This document shows positions 18,977 to 29,016 of a stretch of 64,000 bases of DNA, one piece after another (the stretch's first letter is position 1; the number at the start of each line of letters is the position of its first letter). Origin of the DNA: Bacillota bacterium (GTDB taxonomy: Bacteria; Bacillota; Clostridia; Lachnospirales; Lachnospiraceae); contig JAEZJW010000142.1 of assembly GCA_023415595.1 (NCBI GenBank), forward strand, positions 3,573 to 67,572, written 5' to 3'. The notes under the pieces were generated by a model that worked only from the letters and a program-made list of their open reading frames with translations, was not told the origin of the DNA and did no database searches. The translations under genes and the position numbers were made by a program.

Positions 18977-19153
18977 CCTATTAAGCCACCGGACTAAGGA
19001 AGCTTAGCTATCCGGCAGTGGCAGGCATACCGGAAGGTTAATGTAATAGGTAGTGCCAGCTTTCGAAGCATATCAAAATAATCTCATAGGGTAACGGCAT
19101 ATCGATAAAGGAATATCGATATGCCGTTTTTATATTACCATTCCTGCGTAACC

Positions 19154-19171
19154 TTGTTAAAATATTATCAA
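19154..19171 (+). promoter_or_regulatory. Rex operator overlapping the -10 box of the rex-hydrogenase operon
   Basis: TTGTTAA-AATA-TTATCAA, one mismatch to the clostridial Rex box TTGTTAANNNNTTAACAA; contains TAAAAT at 19158-19163. Confidence 0.8.
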
Positions 19172-19192
19172 AGAGATATAAGGAGAAAAGGG

Positions 19193-19810
19193 ATGCAGTA
19201 TAAGTCTATTTCTATTCAAACATTGAAGAGGCTTCCGGGATATTTAGCTTACTTGAAGAACCTGCCTGAGGATCAAAAGGACACCATATCCGCTACCAAT
19301 ATCGCAGAGGCTCTGAAGCTAAATCATGTACAGGTAAGAAAGGATCTGGCCTCGGTCTGTGCCGGGGGACGACCGAAGATCGGATACATTAAGAAGGATC
19401 TGATCCAGGAGCTGGAGCATTATCTGGGCTATGATGATACGAGCACCGCGGTTATTGTCGGAGCGGGAAATCTTGGTAGGGCATTATTATCCTATGATGG
19501 ATTTTCGAGATATGGGGTCGAAATTGTAACTGCCTTTGATATAGATTCGAACCTCATAGGAAGTACGATAAAAGGCAAGAAGATCTTAGCCTACGAGAAG
19601 CTTAAAGATCTGTGCAACAGGATGAACGTCCGGATCGGCATCCTTACGGTACCTGATGAAGAAGCCCAAAAAGTATGTGATGAGATGGTGGAAAGCGGGA
19701 TCTTAGCCATCTGGAACTTTACCTCGGCTCAGCTTAGGGTTCCGGAACAGATTCTGGTACATAACGAGAATATGGCATCCTCATTGACAATGTTTACGAA
19801 GCGGAGGTAA
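19193..19810 (+). CDS. rex: Redox-sensing transcriptional repressor Rex
   Basis: TLKRLPGY, QVRKDL, IVGAGNLGRAL, AIWNF. Confidence 0.93.
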   Translation: MQYKSISIQTLKRLPGYLAYLKNLPEDQKDTISATNIAEALKLNHVQVRKDLASVCAGGRPKIGYIKKDLIQELEHYLGYDDTSTAVIVGAGNLGRALLSYDGFSRYGVEIVTAFDIDSNLIGSTIKGKKILAYEKLKDLCNRMNVRIGILTVPDEEAQKVCDEMVESGILAIWNFTSAQLRVPEQILVHNENMASSLTMFTKRR

Positions 19811-19814
19811 CGAA

Positions 19815-20054
19815 ATGAAGACCACGATCTGTATAGGGAGCTCCTGTCACCTGAAGGGTTCGAGGCAAATTGTTGAGCAGCTGAAGGAACTGGTAGCAGA
19901 GCATCATCTGGAGGAAAAGGTTGAACTAAAAGGTGCGTTCTGTATGGGGAATTGTACGAACGGAGTCTGCGTCGAACTTGACGGGAAGCTCTATTCCCTG
20001 CTGCCGGAGAATACGAAGGATTTTTTTGAGACAGAAATACGGAACAGGTTATGA
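19815..20054 (+). CDS. Thioredoxin-like [2Fe-2S] ferredoxin (HfsA-like)
   Basis: CIGSSCHLKGS...FCMGNC. Confidence 0.85.
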   Translation: MKTTICIGSSCHLKGSRQIVEQLKELVAEHHLEEKVELKGAFCMGNCTNGVCVELDGKLYSLLPENTKDFFETEIRNRL

Positions 20055-20089
20055 GGAACGATACGTTATATAGTTGAAAGTAGGTTCAT

Positions 20090-21766
20090 ATGACACAATA
20101 TTTGAAGCTTAAGAAATCAAACTGCAAAAACTGTTATAAATGCATCAGACATTGCCCGGTCAAATCCATCCGGTTTTCCGATAATCAGGCGAACATCGTA
20201 CATGAGGACTGTATCCTGTGCGGACGCTGTTTTGTTGCCTGCCCGCAAAATGCCAAGGAGTTGCGGAATGATATTGATCAGGTAAAGGAGCTCTTGCAGA
20301 GCGGCGCCCCTGTCTATGCCAGCATAGCCCCTTCCTTTGTTGCGAACTACGAGCAGATCACGATGAAATCCATGGAGAAAGCCTTAAAGCAGTTGGGCTT
20401 TGCTGGAGTGGAGGAGACTGCAATCGGGGCTACAATCGTTAAGAAAGAGTATGAGAGAATCGTAAACTCCGGGGATAAAAGCATTGTGATCTCTTCCTGC
20501 TGCCATACAATCAATCTATTGATTCAGAAGTATTATCCGCAGGTGATTCCCTATCTGGCTCATGTGATTTCGCCAATGCAGGCCCACTGTCAGGAGATTA
20601 AGAGTAGAATTCCCGGAGCCAGGACAGTATTCATCGGACCCTGTATCTCGAAGAAGGCGGAGGCGGAAAGCTATCCCGGAGCCGTAGATTGTGTTCTTAC
20701 TTATGAGGAGCTGTCCGGCTGGCTGAAGGAGGAGCAGGTGAAGCTAGAGCACCTCGAGGATAAGAAGGAGGACAGCCTGGCCAGGATTTTTCCGACAGCG
20801 GGTGGAATTCTTAAGACGATGAAGGAGAGGCATCCGGATTATCATTATATGTCGGTGGATGGAATAGAAAACTGTATCTTAGCCATAGAGGATATCCTGA
20901 AGGGCAGTCTTCAGAAATGCTTTATTGAAATGTCCGCCTGCTCGGGAAGCTGTATCGGAGGCCCGGCGATGGATAAGAGCAATAATACGCCGGTCAGAGA
21001 TTATATCAGGGTAAACCAATATGCCGGAAAGAAGGACTTTAAGGTAAAAGGGTCCTGGGAGGGTGCATTACATAAAATCATGTCCTCCCAGGCTCCCTCA
21101 AAGGTTATGATCAGTAATCTTGCGATAGAGGAAGTCCTGAAGGAAATGGGTAAAACCAAGCCGGAGCATGAGCTGAACTGCGGCAGCTGTGGGTATAACA
21201 CCTGTCGTGATAAAGCCAGGGCAGTTCATGAGGGAAGGGCAACACTCAGCATGTGTCTTCCCTTCCTGAAGGAGAAGGCGGAATCCTTCTCCGAATATAT
21301 CATTAAGAATACACCCAACGCTATCATCGTCCTGAACGAAGCCCTGGAGGTGCAACAGATCAATACGGCTGCCTGTAAGCTGATGAATATCAGAAGGGCC
21401 GGGGATGTTCTGGGTGACCAGGTGGTCCGTATCCTGGACCCGCTGCCCTTCTTTGAGGTATACCAGAACGGGACCAATATCTATGATAAAAGGACCTATC
21501 TGGCAGAATACAAAAAGTATGTAGACCTGACGGTTCTGTATGACAGCAGCTATCACATTATCATCTGTATCATGAGGGATATTACCGTGGAAGCGCAACA
21601 GAGGGAGAAGAAGGAGGCTCTTAGCCGAACGACAATTGAAATCACCGATAAGGTAATCGAGAAGCAGATGCGTGCGGTACAGGAAATCGCATCCTTACTG
21701 GGGGAAACAACTGCGGAGACGAAGATCGCATTAACGAAGCTAAAGGAGTCGCTGAAGGATGAATAA
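20090..21766 (+). CDS. PAS-domain sensory-type [FeFe]-hydrogenase (HydS/HfsB-like)
   Basis: Two N-terminal 4Fe-4S motifs, variant H-cluster motifs SSCCH / GPCISKKAE / EMSACSGSCIGG, FeS motif CGSCGYNTC, then a PAS-like region starting TPNAIIVLN. Confidence 0.88.
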   Translation: MTQYLKLKKSNCKNCYKCIRHCPVKSIRFSDNQANIVHEDCILCGRCFVACPQNAKELRNDIDQVKELLQSGAPVYASIAPSFVANYEQITMKSMEKALKQLGFAGVEETAIGATIVKKEYERIVNSGDKSIVISSCCHTINLLIQKYYPQVIPYLAHVISPMQAHCQEIKSRIPGARTVFIGPCISKKAEAESYPGAVDCVLTYEELSGWLKEEQVKLEHLEDKKEDSLARIFPTAGGILKTMKERHPDYHYMSVDGIENCILAIEDILKGSLQKCFIEMSACSGSCIGGPAMDKSNNTPVRDYIRVNQYAGKKDFKVKGSWEGALHKIMSSQAPSKVMISNLAIEEVLKEMGKTKPEHELNCGSCGYNTCRDKARAVHEGRATLSMCLPFLKEKAESFSEYIIKNTPNAIIVLNEALEVQQINTAACKLMNIRRAGDVLGDQVVRILDPLPFFEVYQNGTNIYDKRTYLAEYKKYVDLTVLYDSSYHIIICIMRDITVEAQQREKKEALSRTTIEITDKVIEKQMRAVQEIASLLGETTAETKIALTKLKESLKDE

Positions 21767-22934
21767 CCTGTGTACGGATGTTGGCTATGTAAGCTTGAAT
21801 AAATCCGGGGAGCAGCTATGCGGAGATCATGTGGAGGTGGTATCCCAGGAAGAAGGTACCACTGTGGTTGTATTGGCGGATGGTCTGGGGAGCGGGGTAA
21901 AAGCAAATATCCTCTCCACGCTGACCGCCAAGATCATATCCACCATGATGGCAAATTCCCTTACGGTTGAGGACTGTGTCAGTACGATTGCTGCGACCTT
22001 ACCGATCTGTAAGGTTCGGCAGGTGGCTTACTCGACGTTTACGATTATCAGAATCTCTGAGCAGCTGGATGCTGAGATCATACAGTATGACAACCCCCAT
22101 GTCATTTTGCTCAGAGACGGGAGAAATTATGACTATCCGATGACTTCCGAAGTGCTAGACCATAAGACAATTTATAAATCAAAAATCAAGTTAAAAGAAG
22201 ACGACACCTTTATCGCCATCAGTGACGGGGCAGTTCATGCAGGAGTAGGACGGACCTTGAATTTCGGGTGGCAGCGTAAGGATATCATCGGGTTTATGGA
22301 AACGATGTATGACAGGGGCTATACGGCAAAAACCCTAAGCACGATGCTGGTGAAGGAATGCAACGACCTTTACGGTGGGGTGCCCGGAGATGACACCACA
22401 GTCTGCACCGTGAAGATCAGGAAGAGAAACCCCCTGAACTTAATGATCGGTCCTCCGGCAGAGGATGGTGATACTTCTAAGATGATGTCCTTATTCTTCG
22501 CTAAGGAAGGAAAGCATATCGTGTGCGGAGGAACAACCTCAACCCTGGCAGCAGAGTATCTTCAAAAACCGCTGGACACCAGCCAGCTTTTATATCCGGA
22601 TCCGGACATTCCGCCGGTTGCGAAGATTGAGGGGGTGGATCTGGTGACCGAGGGCGTGATTACGATCAACCGTGTACTGGAATACGCGAGGGATTATCTG
22701 GAGGAGAATGAAAGGTACACCGATTGGAGCTATAAGAAGGATGGGGCATCCCAGATTGCAAGACTGCTCTTTGAGGAGGCAACGGATATTAACTTCTACG
22801 TTGGAAAAGCAATTAACCCCGCCCACCAGAATCCGAAGCTGCCCATTGGCTTTAATATCAAGATGCGGCTGGTGGAGGAATTGTCCGGCTGTCTCAGGGA
22901 GATGGGAAAGAAGATCAAGGTGAGCTATTTCTAA
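21759..22934 (+). CDS. SpoIIE/PP2C-family Ser/Thr phosphatase (HfsC-like)
   Basis: LCGD, LADGLGSGVKA, ISDG, GDDTT metal-binding motifs. Confidence 0.88.
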   Translation: MNNLCTDVGYVSLNKSGEQLCGDHVEVVSQEEGTTVVVLADGLGSGVKANILSTLTAKIISTMMANSLTVEDCVSTIAATLPICKVRQVAYSTFTIIRISEQLDAEIIQYDNPHVILLRDGRNYDYPMTSEVLDHKTIYKSKIKLKEDDTFIAISDGAVHAGVGRTLNFGWQRKDIIGFMETMYDRGYTAKTLSTMLVKECNDLYGGVPGDDTTVCTVKIRKRNPLNLMIGPPAEDGDTSKMMSLFFAKEGKHIVCGGTTSTLAAEYLQKPLDTSQLLYPDPDIPPVAKIEGVDLVTEGVITINRVLEYARDYLEENERYTDWSYKKDGASQIARLLFEEATDINFYVGKAINPAHQNPKLPIGFNIKMRLVEELSGCLREMGKKIKVSYF

Positions 22935-23026
22935 AATGAAAAAGCCATACTGTATAAGAACGCAATAAACCATTAGAGATATATAAGAAAGTTTCGCCTG
23001 CGATGCAGGCAGAGGAGGTTAACAGG

Positions 23027-23500
23027 ATGGAAACATCAGAGTTCAAAGTGGTTGATGGGATACTGGAGGAATTAGGGTGCAAGCCCAGCGCAATTATCGC
23101 AATTCTGCAAAGTATTCAGGAGCACTATCGTTATTTACCAAGGGAGATATTCCCCTATCTCTCCAAGAAGTTAGGAGTAAGTGAGGCAAGAATCTATAGT
23201 GTTGCTACCTTCTATGAGAATTTTTCGCTGGAACCGAAGGGCAGATTTGTCTTAAAGGTCTGTGACGGCACGGCCTGCCATGTAAGAAAATCTATCCCGA
23301 TCTTAGAAAGGCTGAGAAAGGAACTGAATTTATCGGAGACCAAAGCAACAACCGATGATTTGAGCTTTACGGTCGAGACGGTCTCCTGCCTTGGAGCCTG
23401 CGGCCTGGCACCGGTTCTGACGGTGAACGATAAGGTCTATCCGGCGATGACCCCGGAGAAGACTTCGGAGCTATTAAAGCAATTGAAGGAGGACTTATAG
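23027..23500 (+). CDS. hydC: Bifurcating-type [FeFe]-hydrogenase gamma subunit (NuoE-like)
   Basis: YSVATFY, VCDGTACH, SCLGACGLAP. Confidence 0.88.
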   Translation: METSEFKVVDGILEELGCKPSAIIAILQSIQEHYRYLPREIFPYLSKKLGVSEARIYSVATFYENFSLEPKGRFVLKVCDGTACHVRKSIPILERLRKELNLSETKATTDDLSFTVETVSCLGACGLAPVLTVNDKVYPAMTPEKTSELLKQLKEDL

Positions 23501-23501
23501 G

Positions 23502-25376
23502 ATGCTTTCATGCAGAGAAGATTTGATAGAGCTGCGCAGTACATACAGGCAAGCCCTGGATGCAGAAAAGATGAAGATATTAATCTGCGCCGGTACGGGT
23601 TGTATCTCCAGCGGATCCCTGGATATATACCACAGACTGACACAGCTGATGGAAGACAGGAAGATCCCCTGCTCCGTGCAATTACAGGAGGAGCCCCATG
23701 GGAACGTGGTAGGAGTGAAGCAAAGCGGCTGCCATGGCTTCTGCGAAATGGGTCCCCTGATCCGTATAGAACCGCAAGGGTTCCTGTATACGAAGGTGAA
23801 GCTGGAGGACTGTGAGGAGATTATCGACAGGACGATTGTGAAGGGCGAGCATGTGGAACGCCTTGCTTATCAGAAGGAAGGAATTATCTATCAAAAGCAG
23901 GAGGAGATACCGTTCTATGAGAAACAGACCCGCCTTGTATTGGAGCACTGCGGACAGATCGACGCGACCTCCCTGAAGGAATACCTGGGGAAGGGCGGCT
24001 ATGAGGCCTTTGAAAAAGCCTTATTCAATATGACCAGTGATGAAATCATCCATGAGATATCCGAATCAAACCTTAAGGGCAGAGGGGGCGGAGGGTTTCC
24101 TGCCGGACGTAAATGGTCCCAGGTAAAACGGCAGAAAACCGAGCAGAAGTATATCGTCTGCAACGGCGATGAAGGAGATCCCGGCGCCTTCATGGATCGA
24201 AGCATCATGGAGGGTGATCCGCACCGGATGCTGGAGGGTATGATGATTGCGGGTCTTGCCTGTGGGGCAAACGAGGGGTATATCTACGTAAGGGCGGAAT
24301 ATCCGATGGCAGTCAGCAGACTTCGTAACGCGATCAACCAGGCAGAGGAATTAGGATTGTTAGGGGATCATATCCTCGGGACTGATTTCAGTTTCCACCT
24401 ACATATTAATCGGGGAGCAGGAGCCTTCGTATGCGGAGAGGGCAGTGCTTTAACCGCTTCCATAGAGGGAAAAAGGGGCATGCCAAGGGTAAAGCCACCC
24501 AGGACCGTAGAACAGGGCCTGTTTGATAAGCCAACGGTACTGAATAATGTGGAAACCTTTGCGAATGTTCCGCTGATCATAAACAACGGGTGGGAATGGT
24601 ATAGGAATATCGGACCTGCGAACAGCCCGGGAACCAAGGCCTTTGCTCTGACAGGAAATATCGTGAATACCGGTCTGATCGAAGTGCCAATGGGGACTAC
24701 CCTGAGAGAGATTATCTTTGATATCGGCGGCGGTATGAAGGACGGTGGTGAATTCAAGGCAGTCCAGATCGGAGGACCCTCCGGCGGCTGTCTGGTGAAG
24801 GAGCATCTGGATCTTCCCCTCGACTTTGATTCTCTGAAGAAAGCCGGTGCAATGATCGGCTCCGGCGGACTAGTTGTCATGGACAGTAATACCTGTATGG
24901 TGGAAGTAGCCCGCTTCTTCATGAAATTTACACAGAACGAATCCTGCGGCAAATGCGTTCCCTGCAGGGAAGGTACGAAACGGATGCTCGCGATTCTGGA
25001 GCGGATCGTGGAGGGTCGGGGAGAAGCGGGGGATATTGAGCTGTTGCTGGAATTAGCTGATACGATTTCGGCAACCGCACTTTGCGGCTTAGGTAAAACA
25101 GCAGCCTTTCCGGTCGTCAGTACGATTAAGAGCTTCCGGGGGGAATATGAGGCACATATCTTTGAGAAGCGCTGTCCGGCTAAGAACTGCCAGAAGCTAA
25201 AGACGATTTCGATTGACGCAGAGCTGTGTAAGGGTTGTACCAAATGCGGGAGGTCCTGTCCGGTGGGTGCGATTACCGGTAAGGTGAAGGAACCCTTTGC
25301 GATTGACCAGGGAAAGTGTATCAAATGTGAAGCCTGCATCAGTACCTGTCCGTTCCATGCAATAAAGGAGGCTTAA
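23502..25376 (+). CDS. hydB: Bifurcating-type [FeFe]-hydrogenase beta subunit (NuoF-like, FMN/NADH)
   Basis: GRGGGGFP, CNGDEGDPGAFMDR, GAFVCGE, ESCGKCVPCREG, C-terminal 2x[4Fe-4S]. Confidence 0.92.
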   Translation: MLSCREDLIELRSTYRQALDAEKMKILICAGTGCISSGSLDIYHRLTQLMEDRKIPCSVQLQEEPHGNVVGVKQSGCHGFCEMGPLIRIEPQGFLYTKVKLEDCEEIIDRTIVKGEHVERLAYQKEGIIYQKQEEIPFYEKQTRLVLEHCGQIDATSLKEYLGKGGYEAFEKALFNMTSDEIIHEISESNLKGRGGGGFPAGRKWSQVKRQKTEQKYIVCNGDEGDPGAFMDRSIMEGDPHRMLEGMMIAGLACGANEGYIYVRAEYPMAVSRLRNAINQAEELGLLGDHILGTDFSFHLHINRGAGAFVCGEGSALTASIEGKRGMPRVKPPRTVEQGLFDKPTVLNNVETFANVPLIINNGWEWYRNIGPANSPGTKAFALTGNIVNTGLIEVPMGTTLREIIFDIGGGMKDGGEFKAVQIGGPSGGCLVKEHLDLPLDFDSLKKAGAMIGSGGLVVMDSNTCMVEVARFFMKFTQNESCGKCVPCREGTKRMLAILERIVEGRGEAGDIELLLELADTISATALCGLGKTAAFPVVSTIKSFRGEYEAHIFEKRCPAKNCQKLKTISIDAELCKGCTKCGRSCPVGAITGKVKEPFAIDQGKCIKCEACISTCPFHAIKEA

Positions 25377-25377
25377 G

Positions 25378-27072
25378 ATGAACATTCAGGAATATATGAC
25401 AATTGACGGAATACCGGTTGAGATTAATGGGGAGAAAAACCTCCTGGAGCTGATCAAAAAGGTGGGAATCAAACTACCGACCTTCTGCTATCATTCCGAG
25501 CTTTCGATTTATGGGGCCTGCCGTATGTGCATGGTCGAGAATCAATGGGGCAGCTTGGATGCTGCCTGCTCCACGCCTCCTAAGGCAGGCATGGAGATAA
25601 GGACGAATACGGAGAGGCTGCGTAAATACCGTAAAATGATCCTGGAATTATTACTTGCGAACCATTGCAGGGATTGTACCACCTGTAACAATAACGGGAA
25701 TTGTAAGCTGCAGGACCTGGCGATGCGCTTTCATATCGAAGGGGTCCGTTTCCCGAATACAGCCGGGCAGCCTAAGCGGGATGATTCCTCCCAGTGTATT
25801 ACGAGGGATGAGAGTAAATGCATCCTATGCGGTGACTGTGTCAGAATGTGCGACGAGATCCAGAATGTAGGTGCCATTGACTTCGTACATAGAGGCTCTG
25901 ATATGACAATCAGCACTGCATTTGGAATTCCGATCGCAGAATCTCCCTGCGTAGGCTGCGGCCAATGTGCGGCAGTCTGTCCGACGGGTGCCATCGTTGT
26001 GAAGAATGATGTGGGGAAGGTCTGGGAAGCCCTTGATGACAGAAGTACAAAGGTGACCATCCAGATCGCTCCGGCAGTCAGAGTGGCATTAGGGAAGGAG
26101 CTTGGTCTGTCTGAAGGAGGGAATGAAATCGGGAAGATCGTAGCCGCTCTCAGAAGACTTGGCTTTGATGAGATCTACGACACCTCCACGGGAGCTGACT
26201 TGACTGTACTGGAAGAAGCCAATGAGCTGCTGAAGAGATTGGAGGAGGGAAACCACGAGCTGCCCCTGTTTACCTCCTGCTGTCCTGCCTGGGTCAACTA
26301 CTGTGAGAAGAATTATCCGGAGCTGTTGCCCCATGTATCAACCTGCCGTTCTCCGATGGAGATGCTGGCCTCAATCATCAAAGAGCAGGCTTCCTCCCGC
26401 AGAACACTCCATGTTGCTGTTATGCCCTGTACCGCGAAGAAGTTCGAAGCTGCCAGGGAGGAATTTAAAACAGATGGCGTTCCGAATGTTGATATCGTAA
26501 TCACAACGCAGGAGCTGATCCGGATGATTAAGGAAGCAGGGATCGTATTCTCTGATTTGGAACCGGAAGCGGTCGATATGCCTCTTGGAACAATGACCGG
26601 AGCAGGGGTGATCTTCGGAGTGACCGGCGGCGTAACCGAAGCAGTGCTCCGCAGAATATCCTGTGATAAATCCAGAGCCGGCTTAATGTCGATTGCCTAT
26701 CAGGGCGTCCGTGGCATGGAGGGTGTGAAGGAGACCAGCATCCTGGTCGGGAATCAGGAAGTGAAGATTGCGGTTGTCAGTGGTTTGCGTAATGCGGGTG
26801 AGCTGATCAAGCGGATTAAGAACGGGGAAACCTATCATTTTGTTGAGGTGATGGCTTGTCCGGGAGGCTGTGTCAGCGGTGCAGGCCAACCCTTTGCCTC
26901 TGCACAGATGAAGGAGAACAGAGGGAAGGGCTTATACTCAGCCGATAAATTATCCAATATTAAGTGCTCCGAAGAGAATCCTCTGATGATGTCCCTATAT
27001 AACGGCGTATTGAAGGGCAGAGTCCATGAATTACTTCATACCAGCTACGGTCCGAAAAAGGAGGTTCATTAA
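25378..27072 (+). CDS. hydA: [FeFe]-hydrogenase catalytic alpha subunit (group A)
   Basis: Canonical H-cluster motifs TSCCPAW, MPCTAKKFE, EVMACPGGCVSGAGQP plus N-terminal Fe-S domains. Confidence 0.95.
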   Translation: MNIQEYMTIDGIPVEINGEKNLLELIKKVGIKLPTFCYHSELSIYGACRMCMVENQWGSLDAACSTPPKAGMEIRTNTERLRKYRKMILELLLANHCRDCTTCNNNGNCKLQDLAMRFHIEGVRFPNTAGQPKRDDSSQCITRDESKCILCGDCVRMCDEIQNVGAIDFVHRGSDMTISTAFGIPIAESPCVGCGQCAAVCPTGAIVVKNDVGKVWEALDDRSTKVTIQIAPAVRVALGKELGLSEGGNEIGKIVAALRRLGFDEIYDTSTGADLTVLEEANELLKRLEEGNHELPLFTSCCPAWVNYCEKNYPELLPHVSTCRSPMEMLASIIKEQASSRRTLHVAVMPCTAKKFEAAREEFKTDGVPNVDIVITTQELIRMIKEAGIVFSDLEPEAVDMPLGTMTGAGVIFGVTGGVTEAVLRRISCDKSRAGLMSIAYQGVRGMEGVKETSILVGNQEVKIAVVSGLRNAGELIKRIKNGETYHFVEVMACPGGCVSGAGQPFASAQMKENRGKGLYSADKLSNIKCSEENPLMMSLYNGVLKGRVHELLHTSYGPKKEVH

Positions 27073-27073
27073 T

Positions 27074-27325
27074 ATGCTCGAGTTAAGTGTCTGTATCGGA
27101 AGCTCCTGTCATCTCAAGGGTTCCTACAACATTATCCAGACCTTTCAGCAGATGATTGAAGAATATGGACTCCATCATAAGGTAGAATTTAAAGCTACCT
27201 TCTGCATGAAGCAATGTCAGAATCCCGGAGTATCGGTCTCGGTAGGAGGACAAGCGGTACATATTCAACCGGAGAGTGCAAGGGAATTCTTTAAGACTGA
27301 GGTACTACCCTTGCTGGCTATTTAG
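27074..27325 (+). CDS. Second thioredoxin-like [2Fe-2S] ferredoxin
   Basis: CIGSSCHLKGS...FCMKQC; paralog of 19815..20054. Confidence 0.85.
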   Translation: MLELSVCIGSSCHLKGSYNIIQTFQQMIEEYGLHHKVEFKATFCMKQCQNPGVSVSVGGQAVHIQPESAREFFKTEVLPLLAI

Positions 27326-27372
27326 GTGAATAATGTTTCACCCTCATGGTATAGCGGTATTTAATATAGATG

Positions 27373-27428
27373 GAAGCCGTCTTTCAAGCTTAGCGTAATA
27401 TAATATAAGCCGGAAGACGGCTTTTTTT
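27373..27428 (+). terminator. Intrinsic terminator of the hydrogenase operon
   Basis: AAGCCGTCTT...AAGACGGCTT followed by long T-run. Confidence 0.75.
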
Positions 27429-27749
27429 GTTTTTTACATAGCTCTGTAAAATACACCAGGAACTCTGTACAAGTAGGGTTATGGAGGGCGGATCAACAAC
27501 TAAGTGTTACAAGAAGAGTTATTGAAAACTACGTAACGAGGTTACAAATATTGCAAGTAATTGGTAATATTACTACGTTTTCGAAAATATTATTTTCAAA
27601 AAACCCAGATAAATCAGGTATTTCAGCAGTTAATACTTTGATAATCAAAATTTAATTTGTATATATTAATACACAGGTATATAATGTTAGTTATAATAGT
27701 TAAAAATATTGAACTATATAGTAAGCTGATAAGAAACGGAGTGAAACGG

Positions 27750-27986
27750 ATGATTACATTGAAGAAGGATAAGTGCCAGGGGTGCGGCTTATGCATCGAG
27801 GTCTGCCCGAAGAAAATTCTGAACATAGATAAGTCCTCAGTGAACAGCAGAGGCTATACACCGATTGATATTACCGACAAAGACAGCTGTATCGCATGTG
27901 CGCTGTGTGCCATGATGTGCCCGGACCTGGTATTCGAGATTAGTAAGGAGGTAACGAATGGAACTGAAGCTGATGAAGGGAAATGA
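27750..27986 (+). CDS. 2x[4Fe-4S] ferredoxin, 2-oxoacid:ferredoxin oxidoreductase delta subunit
   Basis: CQGCGLCIEVCP and CIACALCAMMCPD; ATG 27750 after GGAGTG. Confidence 0.88.
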   Translation: MITLKKDKCQGCGLCIEVCPKKILNIDKSSVNSRGYTPIDITDKDSCIACALCAMMCPDLVFEISKEVTNGTEADEGK

Positions 27987-29016
27987 TGCAATTGCAGAGG
28001 CGGCTATCAGAGCCGGCTGTAATTTCTACGCAGGTTATCCGATTACTCCTCAGACAGAGCTTCCGGAATACCTTGCAAAGCATATGGAGAAAGCGGGTGG
28101 GGTATTTCTGCAGGCAGAAAGCGAAATCTCCGCGATTAATATGGTATATGGTGCAGCAGGAGCAGGTGCCAGGGCGATGACCTCCTCCTCCAGCCCGGGG
28201 ATTAGCTTAAAGCAGGAAGGAATCTCCTATATTGCAGGCAGTGAGCTGCCCTGTGTTATCGTAAATGTCATGCGTGTCGGACCCGGACTCGGCGGTATCC
28301 AGCCTGCGCAGTCGGACTATTTTCAATCGACGAAGGGTGGCGGACATGGGGATTACAGGTTGATCGTATTGACTCCGGACAGTGTTCAGGAGATGTATGA
28401 CTTTACCCTGCTTGCCTTTGATCTCGCAGATGAATATCGGAACCCTGTCATGCTCCTGGCAGACGGCATCCTTGGGCAGATGATGGAATCAGTTGTCTTA
28501 AGTGTTCCGGAGACGAAGGAATACGATAAGACCTGGGCAACCACCGGGACCGAGATGAAACGGGAGCATAACATCATTAATTCCTTATATATTAAACCGG
28601 AGGAATCTGAAAGCTTCAACCTTCATCTTCAGGAGAAGTACCGGGTGATTCGGGAGAGAGAACAGAGAGTCGAGCTGATCAACCCGGAGGCGGATATCCT
28701 GCTGGTAGCTTATGGCATTGTGTCCAGAGTAGCAAGACAGGTGATTAAAGAGCTGGAGGAGGAAGGCTACAGCGTGGGTCTGATCCGGCCACAGTCCGTA
28801 TGGCCGTTCCCATCCAAAGGTTTTGAAAGGATTGCCAAAGCATATCTGGTAGTGGAATTGAACAGCGGCCAGATGGTGGAGGATGTCAGACTGGAAGTGA
28901 ATGGACGGGCACCGGTGTATTTTCAGGGAAAAATGGGCGGAGCCGTCATAACCGTCGAAGAGGTCAAGCAAAAGGTGAAAGAGATAGCGGGAGGGATCAA
29001 GCATGCCGGAGTTTAA
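27958..29016 (+). CDS. vorB: 2-oxoacid:ferredoxin oxidoreductase alpha subunit (VorB-like, branched-chain 2-oxoacid type)
   Basis: [55 protein letters not shown]. Confidence 0.85.
   Translation: MELKLMKGNDAIAEAAIRAGCNFYAGYPITPQTELPEYLAKHMEKAGGVFLQAESEISAINMVYGAAGAGARAMTSSSSPGISLKQEGISYIAGSELPCVIVNVMRVGPGLGGIQPAQSDYFQSTKGGGHGDYRLIVLTPDSVQEMYDFTLLAFDLADEYRNPVMLLADGILGQMMESVVLSVPETKEYDKTWATTGTEMKREHNIINSLYIKPEESESFNLHLQEKYRVIREREQRVELINPEADILLVAYGIVSRVARQVIKELEEEGYSVGLIRPQSVWPFPSKGFERIAKAYLVVELNSGQMVEDVRLEVNGRAPVYFQGKMGGAVITVEEVKQKVKEIAGGIKHAGV

Noticed and set aside
24368..25339. 323-aa minus-strand ORF
   Set aside because: In-register antisense shadow of the conserved hydB; the same applies to the many shorter antisense ORFs in the track.
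23027..25376. nuoE/nuoF calls implying respiratory complex I
   Set aside because: No membrane nuo subunits, and adjacency to hydA identifies them as hydrogenase subunits.
27575..27605. Possible CodY or Rex box upstream of the vor-fabH operon
   Set aside because: TTTTCGAAAA and neighbouring AT-rich palindromes do not fit either consensus spacing well enough.
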